Source: an uncultured Bacillales bacterium
GTDB lineage: Bacteria; Bacillota_I; Bacilli_A; RF39; UBA660
Length of the DNA: 64,000 nt
Reading direction: 5' to 3'
Assembly (NCBI GenBank): GCA_946539445.1
Contig: CAMNHK010000005.1
Span: 1,025 to 65,024, forward strand
Shown: in pieces, positions 1 to 9,775 of the stretch
Layout of the letters: every line of letters begins with the position of its first letter
Position numbering within the stretch: the stretch's first letter is position 1
Position numbers and translations under genes: made by a program
The notes under the pieces: generated by a model
What the model was told of the DNA's origin: nothing
What the model saw: only the letters and a program-made list of their open reading frames with translations
Databases searched by the model: none

Positions 1-512
1 ATTTCTTGATAAGCTCTTTTGATTTCACTGGATAAATAAAACTTATCCCCTAAGAGAAATGCATGAAGATAAGGATTATGGTGCATTCGATTGATTAATA
101 TTTGTTTGACGCTGTAGTAAGGATTATGATTTTTGGATAGTACTTCGATGGAATCTATTTGAAGAAAATAAAATATATTTTGATGATTTAAATAGTCTTG
201 ATAATCCCAGAGAATAGGATCATTGGTGGAGTTTGGTTTTTGAAATCTTCCTTTGATTTTAACTTTGTCTCCTAATTGAATAGAAGTTGTATTACTAGAA
301 GTTGCGATGACAATTTCCTTATTTTTCACATAGTAATATTCTTTTCCTTTTTTTTCTTTTATTTGAATCACTCTTCCCGTAAAGGAAGAGGAATTCTCTG
401 TATAATTGGATGTCTTTGGATGTAGAATGATATATCCTACTGCCAGCAAAGAAAAAAGAAGCAATGCATAATATAAAGCATTACACAGTAATATTTTCCT
501 TAATGTTAGCAA
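1..512 (-). CDS. comEC: ComEC/Rec2-like competence channel protein, N-terminal fragment (continues beyond window start)
   Basis: Open minus-strand frame with no stop down to position 1; not in the ORF track. Hand translation gives ...LLFSLLAVGYIILHPKTS...GRVIQIKEKKGKEYYYVKN...GDKVKIKGRFQKPNSTNDPILWDYQDYLNHQNIFYFL.... This is a TM helix followed by the G-x-V...NP-x-x-(F/W)DY-x-x-YL pattern typical of ComEC N-termini, directly downstream of comEA. Start uncertain: there is an in-frame TTG at 512..510 overlapping the comEA end. Confidence 0.5.
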   Translation of the reverse strand, partial: MLTLRKILLCNALYYALLLFSLLAVGYIILHPKTSNYTENSSSFTGRVIQIKEKKGKEYYYVKNKEIVIATSSNTTSIQLGDKVKIKGRFQKPNSTNDPILWDYQDYLNHQNIFYFLQIDSIEVLSKNHNPYYSVKQILINRMHHNPYLHAFLLGDKFYLSSEIKRAYQE

Positions 513-1152
513 AAAGGGATTCTCCTATTCCAGGAACATTTTTTAACTCTTCAATGGATTGAAATGGACCATTTGCTTCCCGATAGTGGATAATATCTTT
601 TGCTTTTGATTCCCCTATTCCTGGTAACGTTTTTAATTCTTCTATCGTGGCAGTATTAAGGGAAATTTTACCGGATGAATTATTATTGGACGAAATACAA
701 GCATCATTTTGCAACTCATTTTCATTTGCTTGTTGGCATCTTTCTTGAACTAAAGCTTCTATCTCTTTCGTTTTTTGAAAGTTTTCTACTTCTTCCCGAC
801 TGTAGATAATAATCACCATTTCATCCTCTATCTTTTTACTTAAATTAATGACCGAAGTATCTGCCCATTCGGTTAATCCACCTGCTTTTTCGATGACATC
901 TACAACCCTAGAATCTTTTGGTAATGAATAGATCCCTGGGAAGGATATTTGTCCTTTTATATCTACTTTTAAGAGTATTTCTTCTTTTGTTTGTTCTTCT
1001 ATTTTTTCAACTACTACTTCTTTTTCTTTTGTTTTTTTCTTTTTGGTAGAATTTGGTTTGTAATACAAAATGGTGGAAATGATTCCAATTCCTAGAATTA
1101 GTAGAATGAGTCCTAAACGTATTTGCTTTCGATAACGGTATTGAAATGTCAT
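481..1152 (-). CDS. comEA: ComEA-like DNA receptor (SLBB domain plus tandem helix-hairpin-helix)
   Basis: N-terminal TM helix. SLBB-like VDIKGQISFPGIYSLPKDSRVVDVIEKAGG. C-terminal duplicated HhH motifs (LKTLPGIGESKAKDII ... LKNVPGIGESLFANI). Confidence 0.8.
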   Translation of the reverse strand: MTFQYRYRKQIRLGLILLILGIGIISTILYYKPNSTKKKKTKEKEVVVEKIEEQTKEEILLKVDIKGQISFPGIYSLPKDSRVVDVIEKAGGLTEWADTSVINLSKKIEDEMVIIIYSREEVENFQKTKEIEALVQERCQQANENELQNDACISSNNNSSGKISLNTATIEELKTLPGIGESKAKDIIHYREANGPFQSIEELKNVPGIGESLFANIKENITV

Positions 1153-1205
1153 CTTATCACCTCTTTTGTATTATTCGAAAAAAAAAGAAAAGTTTTGAGA
1201 CTTTT

Positions 1206-2306
1206 CTAATCTTTTTTAAAAATTGATTTCGGTTTAATCTGTTTTAATTTTATAATAGGAGGCTCTTCTATGATATCTTCTTCTTCTGAGAATCCAAGAG
1301 ATACTTTATCCATTAATTCTTGCTCTACTGCAAAGATATCTTGAGATTTAATTCTTCCTCCTGCACTTTGAGCATTTCCGCCACCTTGCATTTCTTGCAT
1401 AATTTTACCAACATTTACTTTTTTTCCACCACGAGCAGAAATATGGATGGTGTCTTCATCGACAAATCCAAGAGCAAAGGCTGCATCTAATCCTTTAAAC
1501 TTCATCATTCGATCGGCTGCTTTGGCATAATCTTCTTTTAAATAGATTTGTCTAGGATTATTGCGATTTAAAGTAAAGGATACTTGAATTGGAGCTAAAG
1601 ACTCACTATATTTTTTAATAATCGTTCCATTGATAATTAAGTTACTAATTCGACAATAACTTTCAAACTCTTCTAAAAATAGATTATTCACATAGTCAAT
1701 GTCCGCTCCATTATCTATTAACTTTTCGGCAACATCGTGTGTTTTGGATGTTGTATTATGTTTAAAGCGTTTGGTATCTAAGGAAATACCAGCTAGCAAA
1801 TAATTGGCAACATTCGCGGAATATTTTATATGAAAGCTAGTTAATAGTCTAGCCACTAGTTCACAAGCACTGGATGTTTCTAGATTGATAAATCGATAAG
1901 GAGTTTGAATCGTATTTTCATCTTCCGCATGATGATCAATTACTATGATTCTACGAAATGCATCTAAATAATCTTTTACGGAAATCATATAATCTTTATT
2001 AACATCGGCAACAATCAAAGTAGCTTTTGGATTATATAGTTCTTTAAATTCTTTATTGGTGATGATATGAAATTTTTCTCGATTTTCATCAATTATTTTT
2101 TTGACACCTGGTTCTATTTTTGATTCCTCATCATCTACAATAATATAAGATTTTTTGCCAAGAGCATCCGTTAATACTTGAAGTCCAATACAAGCTCCGA
2201 TGGAATCAAAATCTGGACTAGTATGTCCTGTGATAAAAACAATTGAACTTTTACTGATTTCCGATTCAATAATGCTTTTTAATTCTTTCAGGTCATGAGA
2301 ACTCAT
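1206..2306 (-). CDS. DHH/DHHA1 family phosphoesterase (NrnA/Pde2-like)
   Basis: Motifs GHTSPDFDSIGA, VIDHH, and a DHHA1 GGG-box (GGGNAQSAGG). The usual GGGH histidine is Asn here. Confidence 0.7.
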   Translation of the reverse strand: MSSHDLKELKSIIESEISKSSIVFITGHTSPDFDSIGACIGLQVLTDALGKKSYIIVDDEESKIEPGVKKIIDENREKFHIITNKEFKELYNPKATLIVADVNKDYMISVKDYLDAFRRIIVIDHHAEDENTIQTPYRFINLETSSACELVARLLTSFHIKYSANVANYLLAGISLDTKRFKHNTTSKTHDVAEKLIDNGADIDYVNNLFLEEFESYCRISNLIINGTIIKKYSESLAPIQVSFTLNRNNPRQIYLKEDYAKAADRMMKFKGLDAAFALGFVDEDTIHISARGGKKVNVGKIMQEMQGGGNAQSAGGRIKSQDIFAVEQELMDKVSLGFSEEEDIIEEPPIIKLKQIKPKSIFKKD

Positions 2307-2392
2307 TTTCGATTCTTCCTTTCGGTTAAAACAGCATTACTATAACATAACTCCTTTAAAAAAGCAAATGAAAGGACATTCCTTAGAATGTC

Positions 2393-3529
2393 CTATTTTT
2401 TCTTTTCTTGAAGAAGACCGTTTTCTACACTTACTCGTTGTACAATTGCAAGTGCTGCGATTAAACAGATGGTAAAACTTCCTCCATAACTCATAAATGG
2501 TAGAGGAACTCCTGTTAGAGGCATTAATCCCATAATACCTAGTAAGTTAATCGCAATATGTAAGAATATATATACGGCTATTCCATAACATAATACCGCT
2601 CCTCTATTATTGGGACTTTTACGACCAATTAAAAGAATTCGGAATAGAATAAAGATATACATTAGAATAATAAATACTCCGGTAATAACTCCTAATTCTT
2701 CTACTATAATTGCAAAGATAAAATCCGTATATGGTTCAGGTAAATATAAATACTTTTGGGTAGAATTTCCTAACCCTACTCCTGTTAATCCACCATTGTT
2801 AATCGCAATATAACAGTTACATACTTGACTACCATTTTCTAATATTTTGTCGCATGGATTGGAATAATCAAAACGTTCCATTTGTCTTTCTAGAAGTAGT
2901 CCTTTTCCAGTTCCTAGTAAGACCATTACTGCTAAAAACAATAATCCACAACTAATGAAAATAGTTTTAAACTTTATTTCTTTTTGAATGGGTTCTACTA
3001 AAAAGATTAAGCCTACAATAGCTACATAAATAATCGTTGTTCCAAGGTCTGGTTGAATAAAGATTAATCCAGCTACTAAGGCACAAACCGCAATTGGAAA
3101 TAAGGTTTTTCCCCAAGAAGACAAACGATCTTTACCGGTATCATAATAATTGGCTAGAAAGACAACGGTAATTACTTTAGCAAATTCACTGGGTTGAATA
3201 CTAATCGGTCCTAAATCAAACCAACTGATTGCTTTATTTTTGGCTGCTCCAATAAACAAAACTAACACTAAACTAGCAATCGACAGTAACAATAATCCCC
3301 AAGAAAAAACTCCATAGGATTTCGTATTAAATTTTAGAATAAAAAAGAATAAGATGAAGCCTATTAACAAAAAGGCAGCTTGTTTTAAAAAGTAATTGTA
3401 GGGACTTACAGCATGAGACATATAAGCCGTAACATTACTTGCGGAAAAAACCATGATAAGACCTAAGATAAATAATATCATGGATGCAAAAAATAATGGT
3501 TTGTCCATATATTTTAGAATCTTTCTCAT
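2393..3529 (-). CDS. FtsW/RodA/SpoVE family peptidoglycan glycosyltransferase
   Basis: About 10 TM helices and SEDS-type motifs (SIQPSEFAKV, LPEPYTDFIFA, GVPLPFMSYGGS). Confidence 0.85.
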   Translation of the reverse strand: MRKILKYMDKPLFFASMILFILGLIMVFSASNVTAYMSHAVSPYNYFLKQAAFLLIGFILFFFILKFNTKSYGVFSWGLLLLSIASLVLVLFIGAAKNKAISWFDLGPISIQPSEFAKVITVVFLANYYDTGKDRLSSWGKTLFPIAVCALVAGLIFIQPDLGTTIIYVAIVGLIFLVEPIQKEIKFKTIFISCGLLFLAVMVLLGTGKGLLLERQMERFDYSNPCDKILENGSQVCNCYIAINNGGLTGVGLGNSTQKYLYLPEPYTDFIFAIIVEELGVITGVFIILMYIFILFRILLIGRKSPNNRGAVLCYGIAVYIFLHIAINLLGIMGLMPLTGVPLPFMSYGGSFTICLIAALAIVQRVSVENGLLQEKKK

Positions 3530-3653
3530 AGAATTCTCCTTTCTATACTAACTATAGCACAAATCTTCTCTAATTCCCAAAAGAATACACTTTAAAATGC
3601 ACAAAAATTGTAAAGTAACATACGTTATAGTAGATTTGCAAAGGAGGGGTTTT

Positions 3654-3791
3654 ATGTACTACTATGGTGGATGTAATTCTTGCTATCCTAATCAAACTTA
3701 TTACTATCCTACTCATAATTCCAATTATGCTGTTGTCTTAGTCTTATTCATTTTATTAGTTATTGTTATTGGAACTAGATGGTCTAATTAG
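3654..3791 (+). CDS. Tiny Tyr/Cys-rich membrane protein (YjcZ-like tiny-TM family?)
   Basis: RBS AAAGGAGGGG lies 4 nt before the ATG at 3654. MYYYGGCNSCYPNQTYYYPTHNSNYAVVLVLFILLVIVIGTRWSN. The C-terminal VVLVLFILLVIVIG resembles the tiny-TM sporulation-associated family. The track ORF from 3597 is probably over-extended. Confidence 0.35.
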   Translation: MYYYGGCNSCYPNQTYYYPTHNSNYAVVLVLFILLVIVIGTRWSN

Positions 3792-3853
3792 AAAAAGAAC
3801 TTTGTTCTTTTTTTTTACACTCTTTTTCGGTATAATACTTCCTAGGTGGTTCG

Positions 3854-4822
3854 ATGGAAGAAAATTATTTAAAAGCCAAACAGATTGTTTTAGAACGTTT
3901 TTCAACGGATTATCCCTATTATCCTATGTTGGTATTAGGTGTTTTTGCGTTACTGAATCAATATCCTACCTATGAAGAGTTAATACGTTCTTTATTTTTA
4001 GAATTACGTCTTATTATTGAACCAGAATCTATGCTTACCATCGTCAAAAAATATCAGTTAGATTTTGCTGATTTTGCGGAAGAAGAAGAAAAAATAGAAG
4101 GTAGTTCTCAAGCTACTTTTGGAGTTTCTTCTCCGGGTAAATTCTTCACGATTGAGAATCAACATTTTCAAGAATCCATTGATCAACCTACTCTAATACT
4201 TAGTAGTCTATGCCGTTATGAAGTATTACTAAATATTTTTGTTCATGAAATGAATCATTTAATGAAGAGTCGTATCAACGCCTATGAAATCAAACAAGAA
4301 GGAGACACGGAAACTTGTTCCGTGCGTAGTGGAATTCATGTTACTATTTATGAGTATTATCCAGAAAGAGATACCGTTTCCGAGTTAGATGGTTATAGTA
4401 TTTTAGAAGAAGCAATTAACACGGTTCAAACGACCGAAATGATGCATTCCATTCTAGCCTTTGATGGAATCTATCCGGATCAAGAAGTACAAGATTATTT
4501 GGATCATTGTTCTAAAAAGAATTTAGGAAAAGATTTTGGCTATGACCGAATTGTCAAACTATTCCGTCCTTTATGGGAAGTTCCTAAATTTCGAACGTTA
4601 GTAGAAGAAAATCTAGTAGAAGGAAATCTTTCTCCTATTTGGCAACATTATGATTCTGTTATGGGGAAAGAGGAATTTGAATACCTAGCCGATTTATTGG
4701 ATGAACTGGATGAAGTGGAATGTTCTAGTGGTAGTATCAAAAGACTTCTTTCTATTCAATATCAAATAAAAAATAAAATACGTGAGTATTGTAAAAGAAT
4801 GAGTTATGTATATAAGAAATAG
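3854..4822 (+). CDS. Hypothetical protein with HExxH motif (possible zinc metallopeptidase-like)
   Basis: 322-aa ORF. Contains FVHEMNHLMKS. No other family signature recognised. Confidence 0.35.
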   Translation: MEENYLKAKQIVLERFSTDYPYYPMLVLGVFALLNQYPTYEELIRSLFLELRLIIEPESMLTIVKKYQLDFADFAEEEEKIEGSSQATFGVSSPGKFFTIENQHFQESIDQPTLILSSLCRYEVLLNIFVHEMNHLMKSRINAYEIKQEGDTETCSVRSGIHVTIYEYYPERDTVSELDGYSILEEAINTVQTTEMMHSILAFDGIYPDQEVQDYLDHCSKKNLGKDFGYDRIVKLFRPLWEVPKFRTLVEENLVEGNLSPIWQHYDSVMGKEEFEYLADLLDELDEVECSSGSIKRLLSIQYQIKNKIREYCKRMSYVYKK

Positions 4823-4879
4823 ATTTTTCTTTTCAAAATCTATTTTTTTTGTTAAAATATGTTTGTTGAGGTGGTACTA

Positions 4880-5443
4880 GTGTTAAAAACAAAAGATATC
4901 TTAGATGAAAAAGATAAAAGACTTCATACCGTTAGTAAGGAAGTAGAATTTCCATTAACCCAAAAAGATAAAGAATTAATTGATACTATGATTGAGTATC
5001 TTCATGATAGTCAAATCGATGAGTTATCTGAAAAATATAATTTACGTCCTGGTATGGGACTTTCGGCTATTCAATTGGGAGTTGCTAAAAGATTCTTTGT
5101 AGTTGTCTATGAACTTAGTAATCCAGAAGATGAGGAAAAAGAATTTGAAACTTATATTTTAATTAATCCTAAGATGATTAGTAATTCTGTAGAACAGATT
5201 TATGTAGAAGAAGGAGAAGGATGCTTATCGGTTAATCGACCAGTGGAAGGAATTGTTCCAAGATATGCTAGGGTTACTTTTGAAGCTTATGATATGGAAG
5301 GTAGAAAAATTCATGTTCGTGCAAGAGAAGATTTAGCTATTTGTTTTCAACATGAATTAGATCATTTAAATGGTATATTATTTACGGATCATATTGATCC
5401 CAAAAATCCATTCAAAGGAAAAGACCAGATGCGAGGCATCTAG
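4880..5443 (+). CDS. def: Peptide deformylase
   Basis: Motifs GLSAIQLG, EGCLS, HELDH. The GTG at 4880, preceded by GAGGTGG, gives the typical ~187-aa size; the track ATG at 4859 is probably too far upstream. Confidence 0.9.
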   Translation: MLKTKDILDEKDKRLHTVSKEVEFPLTQKDKELIDTMIEYLHDSQIDELSEKYNLRPGMGLSAIQLGVAKRFFVVVYELSNPEDEEKEFETYILINPKMISNSVEQIYVEEGEGCLSVNRPVEGIVPRYARVTFEAYDMEGRKIHVRAREDLAICFQHELDHLNGILFTDHIDPKNPFKGKDQMRGI

Positions 5444-5516
5444 TCTTTTTTTATGTCTTTTGTAAAATCATCTGTAGAATTCATATAACCAGTTGACGTA
5501 AAAAAAGAAGTATTTT

Positions 5517-8489
5517 TTACAATACTTCTTCATGATTTTCTAATCGTACACTGACTAATTTTGATACACCAGATTCTTGCATCGTTATACCATATAAAGT
5601 ATTGGCATATTCCATGGTTTTCTTTTTATGGGTAATGATTAAGAATTGAGTTTTGTCTTTATAATGATTTAAGTATTCTCCAAATCCTGCTACATTGGCT
5701 TCATCTAGAGCCGCTTCTACTTCATCAAAGATACAGAATGGTACGGTTCTAACATTTAAAATAGCAAATAATAAACTGATTGCCGTTAAGGTTTTTTCTC
5801 CTCCACTTAGTAAAGAAATAGTGGTTAGTTTTTTTCCTGGAGGGGATGCGATGATATCGACTCCTGTTGTTAGTAAATCTTCTGGATTGGTTAGTTTTAG
5901 ATCTGCATGTCCTCCATTAAATAATTCTTTGAACACTTTTTGGAATTCTTTTTGAATTTGTTCAAAGGTTGTTTGGAATTCTTCTTTCATAACCGCATCC
6001 ATCTCATTCATAATTTCTAATAGAGTTTCTTCAGCATGAAGTAAGTCTTCTCTTTGATTGGTTAAGAATTCATATCTTGTGTTTACTTTTTCATATTCTT
6101 CAATGGCATCTAAATTAACCATTCCAATTCTTTTGATATTCGCACGATATACATTTACTTTCTTACGAGCTTCTTCTGGTTCAATATCTAAGACGTATTC
6201 ATCTCTTGCTCTTTCATACGTTAATTCATATTCTGTATTTAGTGTTTCTAACATATTTTCTAGTTTCACTTCAAAACGATTGATAGAAATTTCCAAATCT
6301 TTGGCTTCTTTTTCTAAGTTATGTAAGTTACTTCGTTCTAATTTCTCATCGGCTTGATTTCTCTCTATGGTTGTTTTTAATTCACTGATGTCTTTTAGTA
6401 AACTATTTAATTTCTTTTCAATTTGTTCTTTTTCCGTTGTTTTTTCATGATATTCTTTGATTAATTCTTCTTCTTTTTGACTGATAGAATTGTGATGAAT
6501 TAAATCAAGAGATTCATATTCTTTTTGAATGCCTGCTAGACGTTCTTGAAGAGCTCTATATTCTTGTTTCTTAGCTTCTTGTTGTTCTTTTAAAGTTACT
6601 CGTTCTTTGGATATTTCAAATAGACGTTCCTCTACTTTATTATTTTCTTCATTTAACGCTAATATTTCTCTTTCGATTTCTTCTTGTTCTTGTTTTAGAA
6701 GTTTGGCTTTTTCTTCTAAATTCATTACTTCTTGTTTTAAAAGAATGGTGCTTTTTCCATTATAAGTAGATCCTCCTGATAGAGATCCTCCTACATTTAC
6801 AACGTCTCCCTCTAAAGTTACCATTTTGTATTTTGCTTTTGTCATATGAGATAGACGAGTTGCGGCATCAATATCGGTTACGACTACGACAATTCCTAAT
6901 TGGTTTTTAATAATAGAGTCATAATCTCGATTGTAGGTTACTAAATCGGATAATACTCCTAAATAGTCGGTACTATTCTTTAAAATATTAAGGGTTTCAG
7001 CATCTACATAGCGCTCTTTAATTACATCCATTGGAAAGAAAGTAGCTCTTCCAAAGTGATTATCTTTTAAGTAATTAATGGCTCTTTTGGCTGAATCTTC
7101 ATCTTTGGTAATAATGAAGTTTTTATTGGAAGCAATGGCAGTGTTTAAGGCCTTTATATATTTTTCTTCGGTACTTAAAATATTTCCAATTGTATTATGA
7201 ATTCCCGTTAAGGAAGTGTTTCTTAATACTTTTCGTACACTATTTGGCATATCTCCATTTTGATCGATTTCTATTTTTAAATTATCGATTTGATGTCTAG
7301 TGGAAATATACTCTTGATTATGAGTGGAATAATCATTGTTTAAGATATTCTTCTTTAATTTTATATTTTGAATTTCTCTTTCCACATCCATAATAGAAGC
7401 ATCTTTTTCACTGACTTTTTTATCAATGGTTTTCGTTTCTTCTTCTAGTATTTTAATCTGTCCTGTTAACTTTTCTTTTTCATTTACTAAGGTACGTATT
7501 TCTTCTTTTAATTCATTTTCTTCTTTGGTTGTTTTACTACGTTCTTTTAATAAATTTCTTTCTCCATCAATCTTTTCTTTGGCTTCCGTTACTAATACTA
7601 GTTTTCGTTGTAATTCATTTTTTTCTTCTTCTAGTTTGGCTAGTTTATTACTGTCTTCTAAATACTTGGCATCGGTTTTACTGGTACGATTGGAAATCGT
7701 TACCATTTCATTTTCTATTTTTTCTTTTCGACGTTTGTTGTTTTCTAAACTTTGATGGATATTTTCAATATCATAGGCTAATAAAGCAACTTCATACGTA
7801 TCGAGTCCTTTTTTATTTTCTAAGTATTCTTTGGCTTTTATACTTTGTTCTTTTAAGGGACCTACTTGCATCTCTAACTCGGTAATAATATCGTTTACAC
7901 GATCTAGGTTATTATGTGTTCTATCTAATTTTCGAAGAGCTTCTTCTTTTCTTTTCTTATATTTTAAAATACCGGATGCTTCTTCAAAAATCGTTCTTCG
8001 GTCATAAGCCGAATTACTTAGTATTTTATCGACTTCTCCTTGGGAAATAATATTGAAAGATTCTTTTCCCATACCAGTATCCATTAATAAATTAGTGATA
8101 TCTTTTAGTCGACATTTTTCATTGTTTAAATAATATTCATTTTCTCCACTACGATAGGCTCTCCTTTTTATGGATATTTCCGTATAGGGAATATTTAAAT
8201 AGTGATCATTATTATCAAAAATCAATTCTACGCTAGCTACATTCAATGGATTCCTAGTTTTTGATCCTGAGAATATAACATCGGCCATAGAACCTTCTCC
8301 ACGAAGAGATTTGATAGATTGTTCTCCTAATACCCAGCGAACAGCATCTACTACATTACTTTTCCCAGATCCATTTGGTCCTACAATACAAGTGGTACGA
8401 CCATCTAATTTTATTTCTAATTTATCGGCAAATGATTTAAAACCACTTGTGACGATTTCTTTTAAGTACATACTCTTCACCCTACTCAT
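5517..8489 (-). CDS. smc: Chromosome segregation protein SMC (short, ~985-990 aa)
   Basis: N-terminal Walker A (GPNGSGKSN), long coiled coils, hinge, C-terminal signature LSGGEKTLTAISLLFAI and Walker B FCIFDEVEAALD. The canonical start MYLKEI... would be at 8471. Confidence 0.9.
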   Translation of the reverse strand: MSRVKSMYLKEIVTSGFKSFADKLEIKLDGRTTCIVGPNGSGKSNVVDAVRWVLGEQSIKSLRGEGSMADVIFSGSKTRNPLNVASVELIFDNNDHYLNIPYTEISIKRRAYRSGENEYYLNNEKCRLKDITNLLMDTGMGKESFNIISQGEVDKILSNSAYDRRTIFEEASGILKYKKRKEEALRKLDRTHNNLDRVNDIITELEMQVGPLKEQSIKAKEYLENKKGLDTYEVALLAYDIENIHQSLENNKRRKEKIENEMVTISNRTSKTDAKYLEDSNKLAKLEEEKNELQRKLVLVTEAKEKIDGERNLLKERSKTTKEENELKEEIRTLVNEKEKLTGQIKILEEETKTIDKKVSEKDASIMDVEREIQNIKLKKNILNNDYSTHNQEYISTRHQIDNLKIEIDQNGDMPNSVRKVLRNTSLTGIHNTIGNILSTEEKYIKALNTAIASNKNFIITKDEDSAKRAINYLKDNHFGRATFFPMDVIKERYVDAETLNILKNSTDYLGVLSDLVTYNRDYDSIIKNQLGIVVVVTDIDAATRLSHMTKAKYKMVTLEGDVVNVGGSLSGGSTYNGKSTILLKQEVMNLEEKAKLLKQEQEEIEREILALNEENNKVEERLFEISKERVTLKEQQEAKKQEYRALQERLAGIQKEYESLDLIHHNSISQKEEELIKEYHEKTTEKEQIEKKLNSLLKDISELKTTIERNQADEKLERSNLHNLEKEAKDLEISINRFEVKLENMLETLNTEYELTYERARDEYVLDIEPEEARKKVNVYRANIKRIGMVNLDAIEEYEKVNTRYEFLTNQREDLLHAEETLLEIMNEMDAVMKEEFQTTFEQIQKEFQKVFKELFNGGHADLKLTNPEDLLTTGVDIIASPPGKKLTTISLLSGGEKTLTAISLLFAILNVRTVPFCIFDEVEAALDEANVAGFGEYLNHYKDKTQFLIITHKKKTMEYANTLYGITMQESGVSKLVSVRLENHEEVL

Positions 8490-8527
8490 GATTATACTAT
8501 AAAAAAAGGGGTTTGAGCAAATATTTT

Positions 8528-9358
8528 CTATTCGGATAGTAAGTCTTTTAATAAGACCATCTTATAGCCTTTACGTTTTAAGTAATAAATGGTATTGGAT
8601 AATTCTTTGGAAAGATACGAAGAATATGGAAAAGATAGAATCATGGCATTCTCAATTTTTTCCTTTACTTCTTCATAGGCATTCTTTTTTAATACAAGGG
8701 TTGGTAAAATGGTATGAAGTTTTTCTTCCTTACAAAAAGAGAGTATTTCTTTTTGTTCTTCTTCTGTATAGCAATATCTAGCAGGTGCTTTTTGAATGGT
8801 TTCTAAGTAAGAAATGGAGGTCCTCCATAAATCTTTTTTTGTTTCATTTTGGTATCCTAGTATTTCCCATTCCATAGATGGATTCTTTCGTATAAGTGAA
8901 CTATTTCTTTCTAAGTGTGTTCCATCGATAAAAAAGGTTCCTGGTATGTCTTCTGTCTTTAATACTTCTAATATTTCTTGAAAGCTTTCATCTTGGCGAA
9001 TGGGAAAAATGAGAGCAATTTCTTTTTTTTCAGGATTTCCTCTTTGGATATATTTATCATAATAATTATCAATTGATATTTCTGGTTTAACTTCTTTCAC
9101 TACCATTTGAGTTTCATTATAGGTTCCGTAGCGTTTCATTTTTTGATAGGTTTTCTTAACATCTAGTTTTCTTCCTTTTTTTCCACAAGTAAGAGTGTTT
9201 TCTTCTATTAAGGCGTTTTTAGGAGATACATAGTAATTGTTTTCTACTTCTTTTATTTTTTGATATATTGGATCTTGTTTTTCTTGGTTCATAAAGTATT
9301 GATTCGTTGTATAAAAACAAAAAAAGGATATTACTCCTAGAACGATATATTTTTTCAT
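8528..9358 (-). CDS. NodB/polysaccharide-deacetylase-like protein, apparently catalytically degenerate
   Basis: Signal/TM N-terminus. The layout EIALIFPIRQD...ILEVLKTEDIPGTFFIDG...EWEILGYQN mirrors NodB motifs (TFDDG / ATFF / GHEIGNH), but the Asp-Asp and His residues are replaced. Confidence 0.35.
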   Translation of the reverse strand: MKKYIVLGVISFFCFYTTNQYFMNQEKQDPIYQKIKEVENNYYVSPKNALIEENTLTCGKKGRKLDVKKTYQKMKRYGTYNETQMVVKEVKPEISIDNYYDKYIQRGNPEKKEIALIFPIRQDESFQEILEVLKTEDIPGTFFIDGTHLERNSSLIRKNPSMEWEILGYQNETKKDLWRTSISYLETIQKAPARYCYTEEEQKEILSFCKEEKLHTILPTLVLKKNAYEEVKEKIENAMILSFPYSSYLSKELSNTIYYLKRKGYKMVLLKDLLSE

Positions 9359-9408
9359 CTTATCACCTATTTATGTATATGAAAAAAAAGGTTCTATTTG
9401 AACCTTTT

Positions 9409-9723
9409 TTATTCCATTTGTTTTTTCGTCTTTAAAATGTATACAGAACCGGCTGATACGATTAGAACTCCTATCCATGCCGTTACCCCTGGTGTTGTTG
9501 CGGTATCTACAGCATCAATCACTAATACTCGATCTTCTTCTCTCGTTGGTTGAATAGGATCTTCGATGGTAACTGGTTCTTGTTCTTTAATTTCTACTTT
9601 TTCTTTTGGATTTACTTTTTTAGCTTCATTTTTCGTAGCGAGATGAATGACTAACCAAACTACAAAGACAACCACTAATACCAATAGAATCCATTTAATA
9701 ATACTTCTTAAAAAATCACCCAT
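9409..9723 (-). CDS. Small bitopic membrane protein, unknown function
   Basis: N-terminal and C-terminal hydrophobic helices and a basic C-terminal tail (KTKKQME). Confidence 0.4.
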   Translation of the reverse strand: MGDFLRSIIKWILLVLVVVFVVWLVIHLATKNEAKKVNPKEKVEIKEQEPVTIEDPIQPTREEDRVLVIDAVDTATTPGVTAWIGVLIVSAGSVYILKTKKQME

Positions 9724-9775
9724 ATCCGATATCCTCCCTACGGCTATTATAGCATATTCTACGAAAAAAAGAAGA

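Noticed and set aside
3763-3975. 70-aa ORF bridging the tiny Tyr-rich gene and the HExxH protein gene
   Set aside because: It overlaps both neighbours out of frame, is Phe/Leu-rich low complexity and has no RBS. The 3854 start of the 322-aa ORF is better supported.
9409-9723. Sortase sorting signal at the C-termini of small or anchored proteins (9409..9723, 20588..21289, 48851..49534)
   Set aside because: All have a hydrophobic helix plus a basic tail, but none has LPXTG or a known variant immediately upstream (TATTPG, IPTSAG, DKGSF). They are treated as simple C-terminal membrane anchors.
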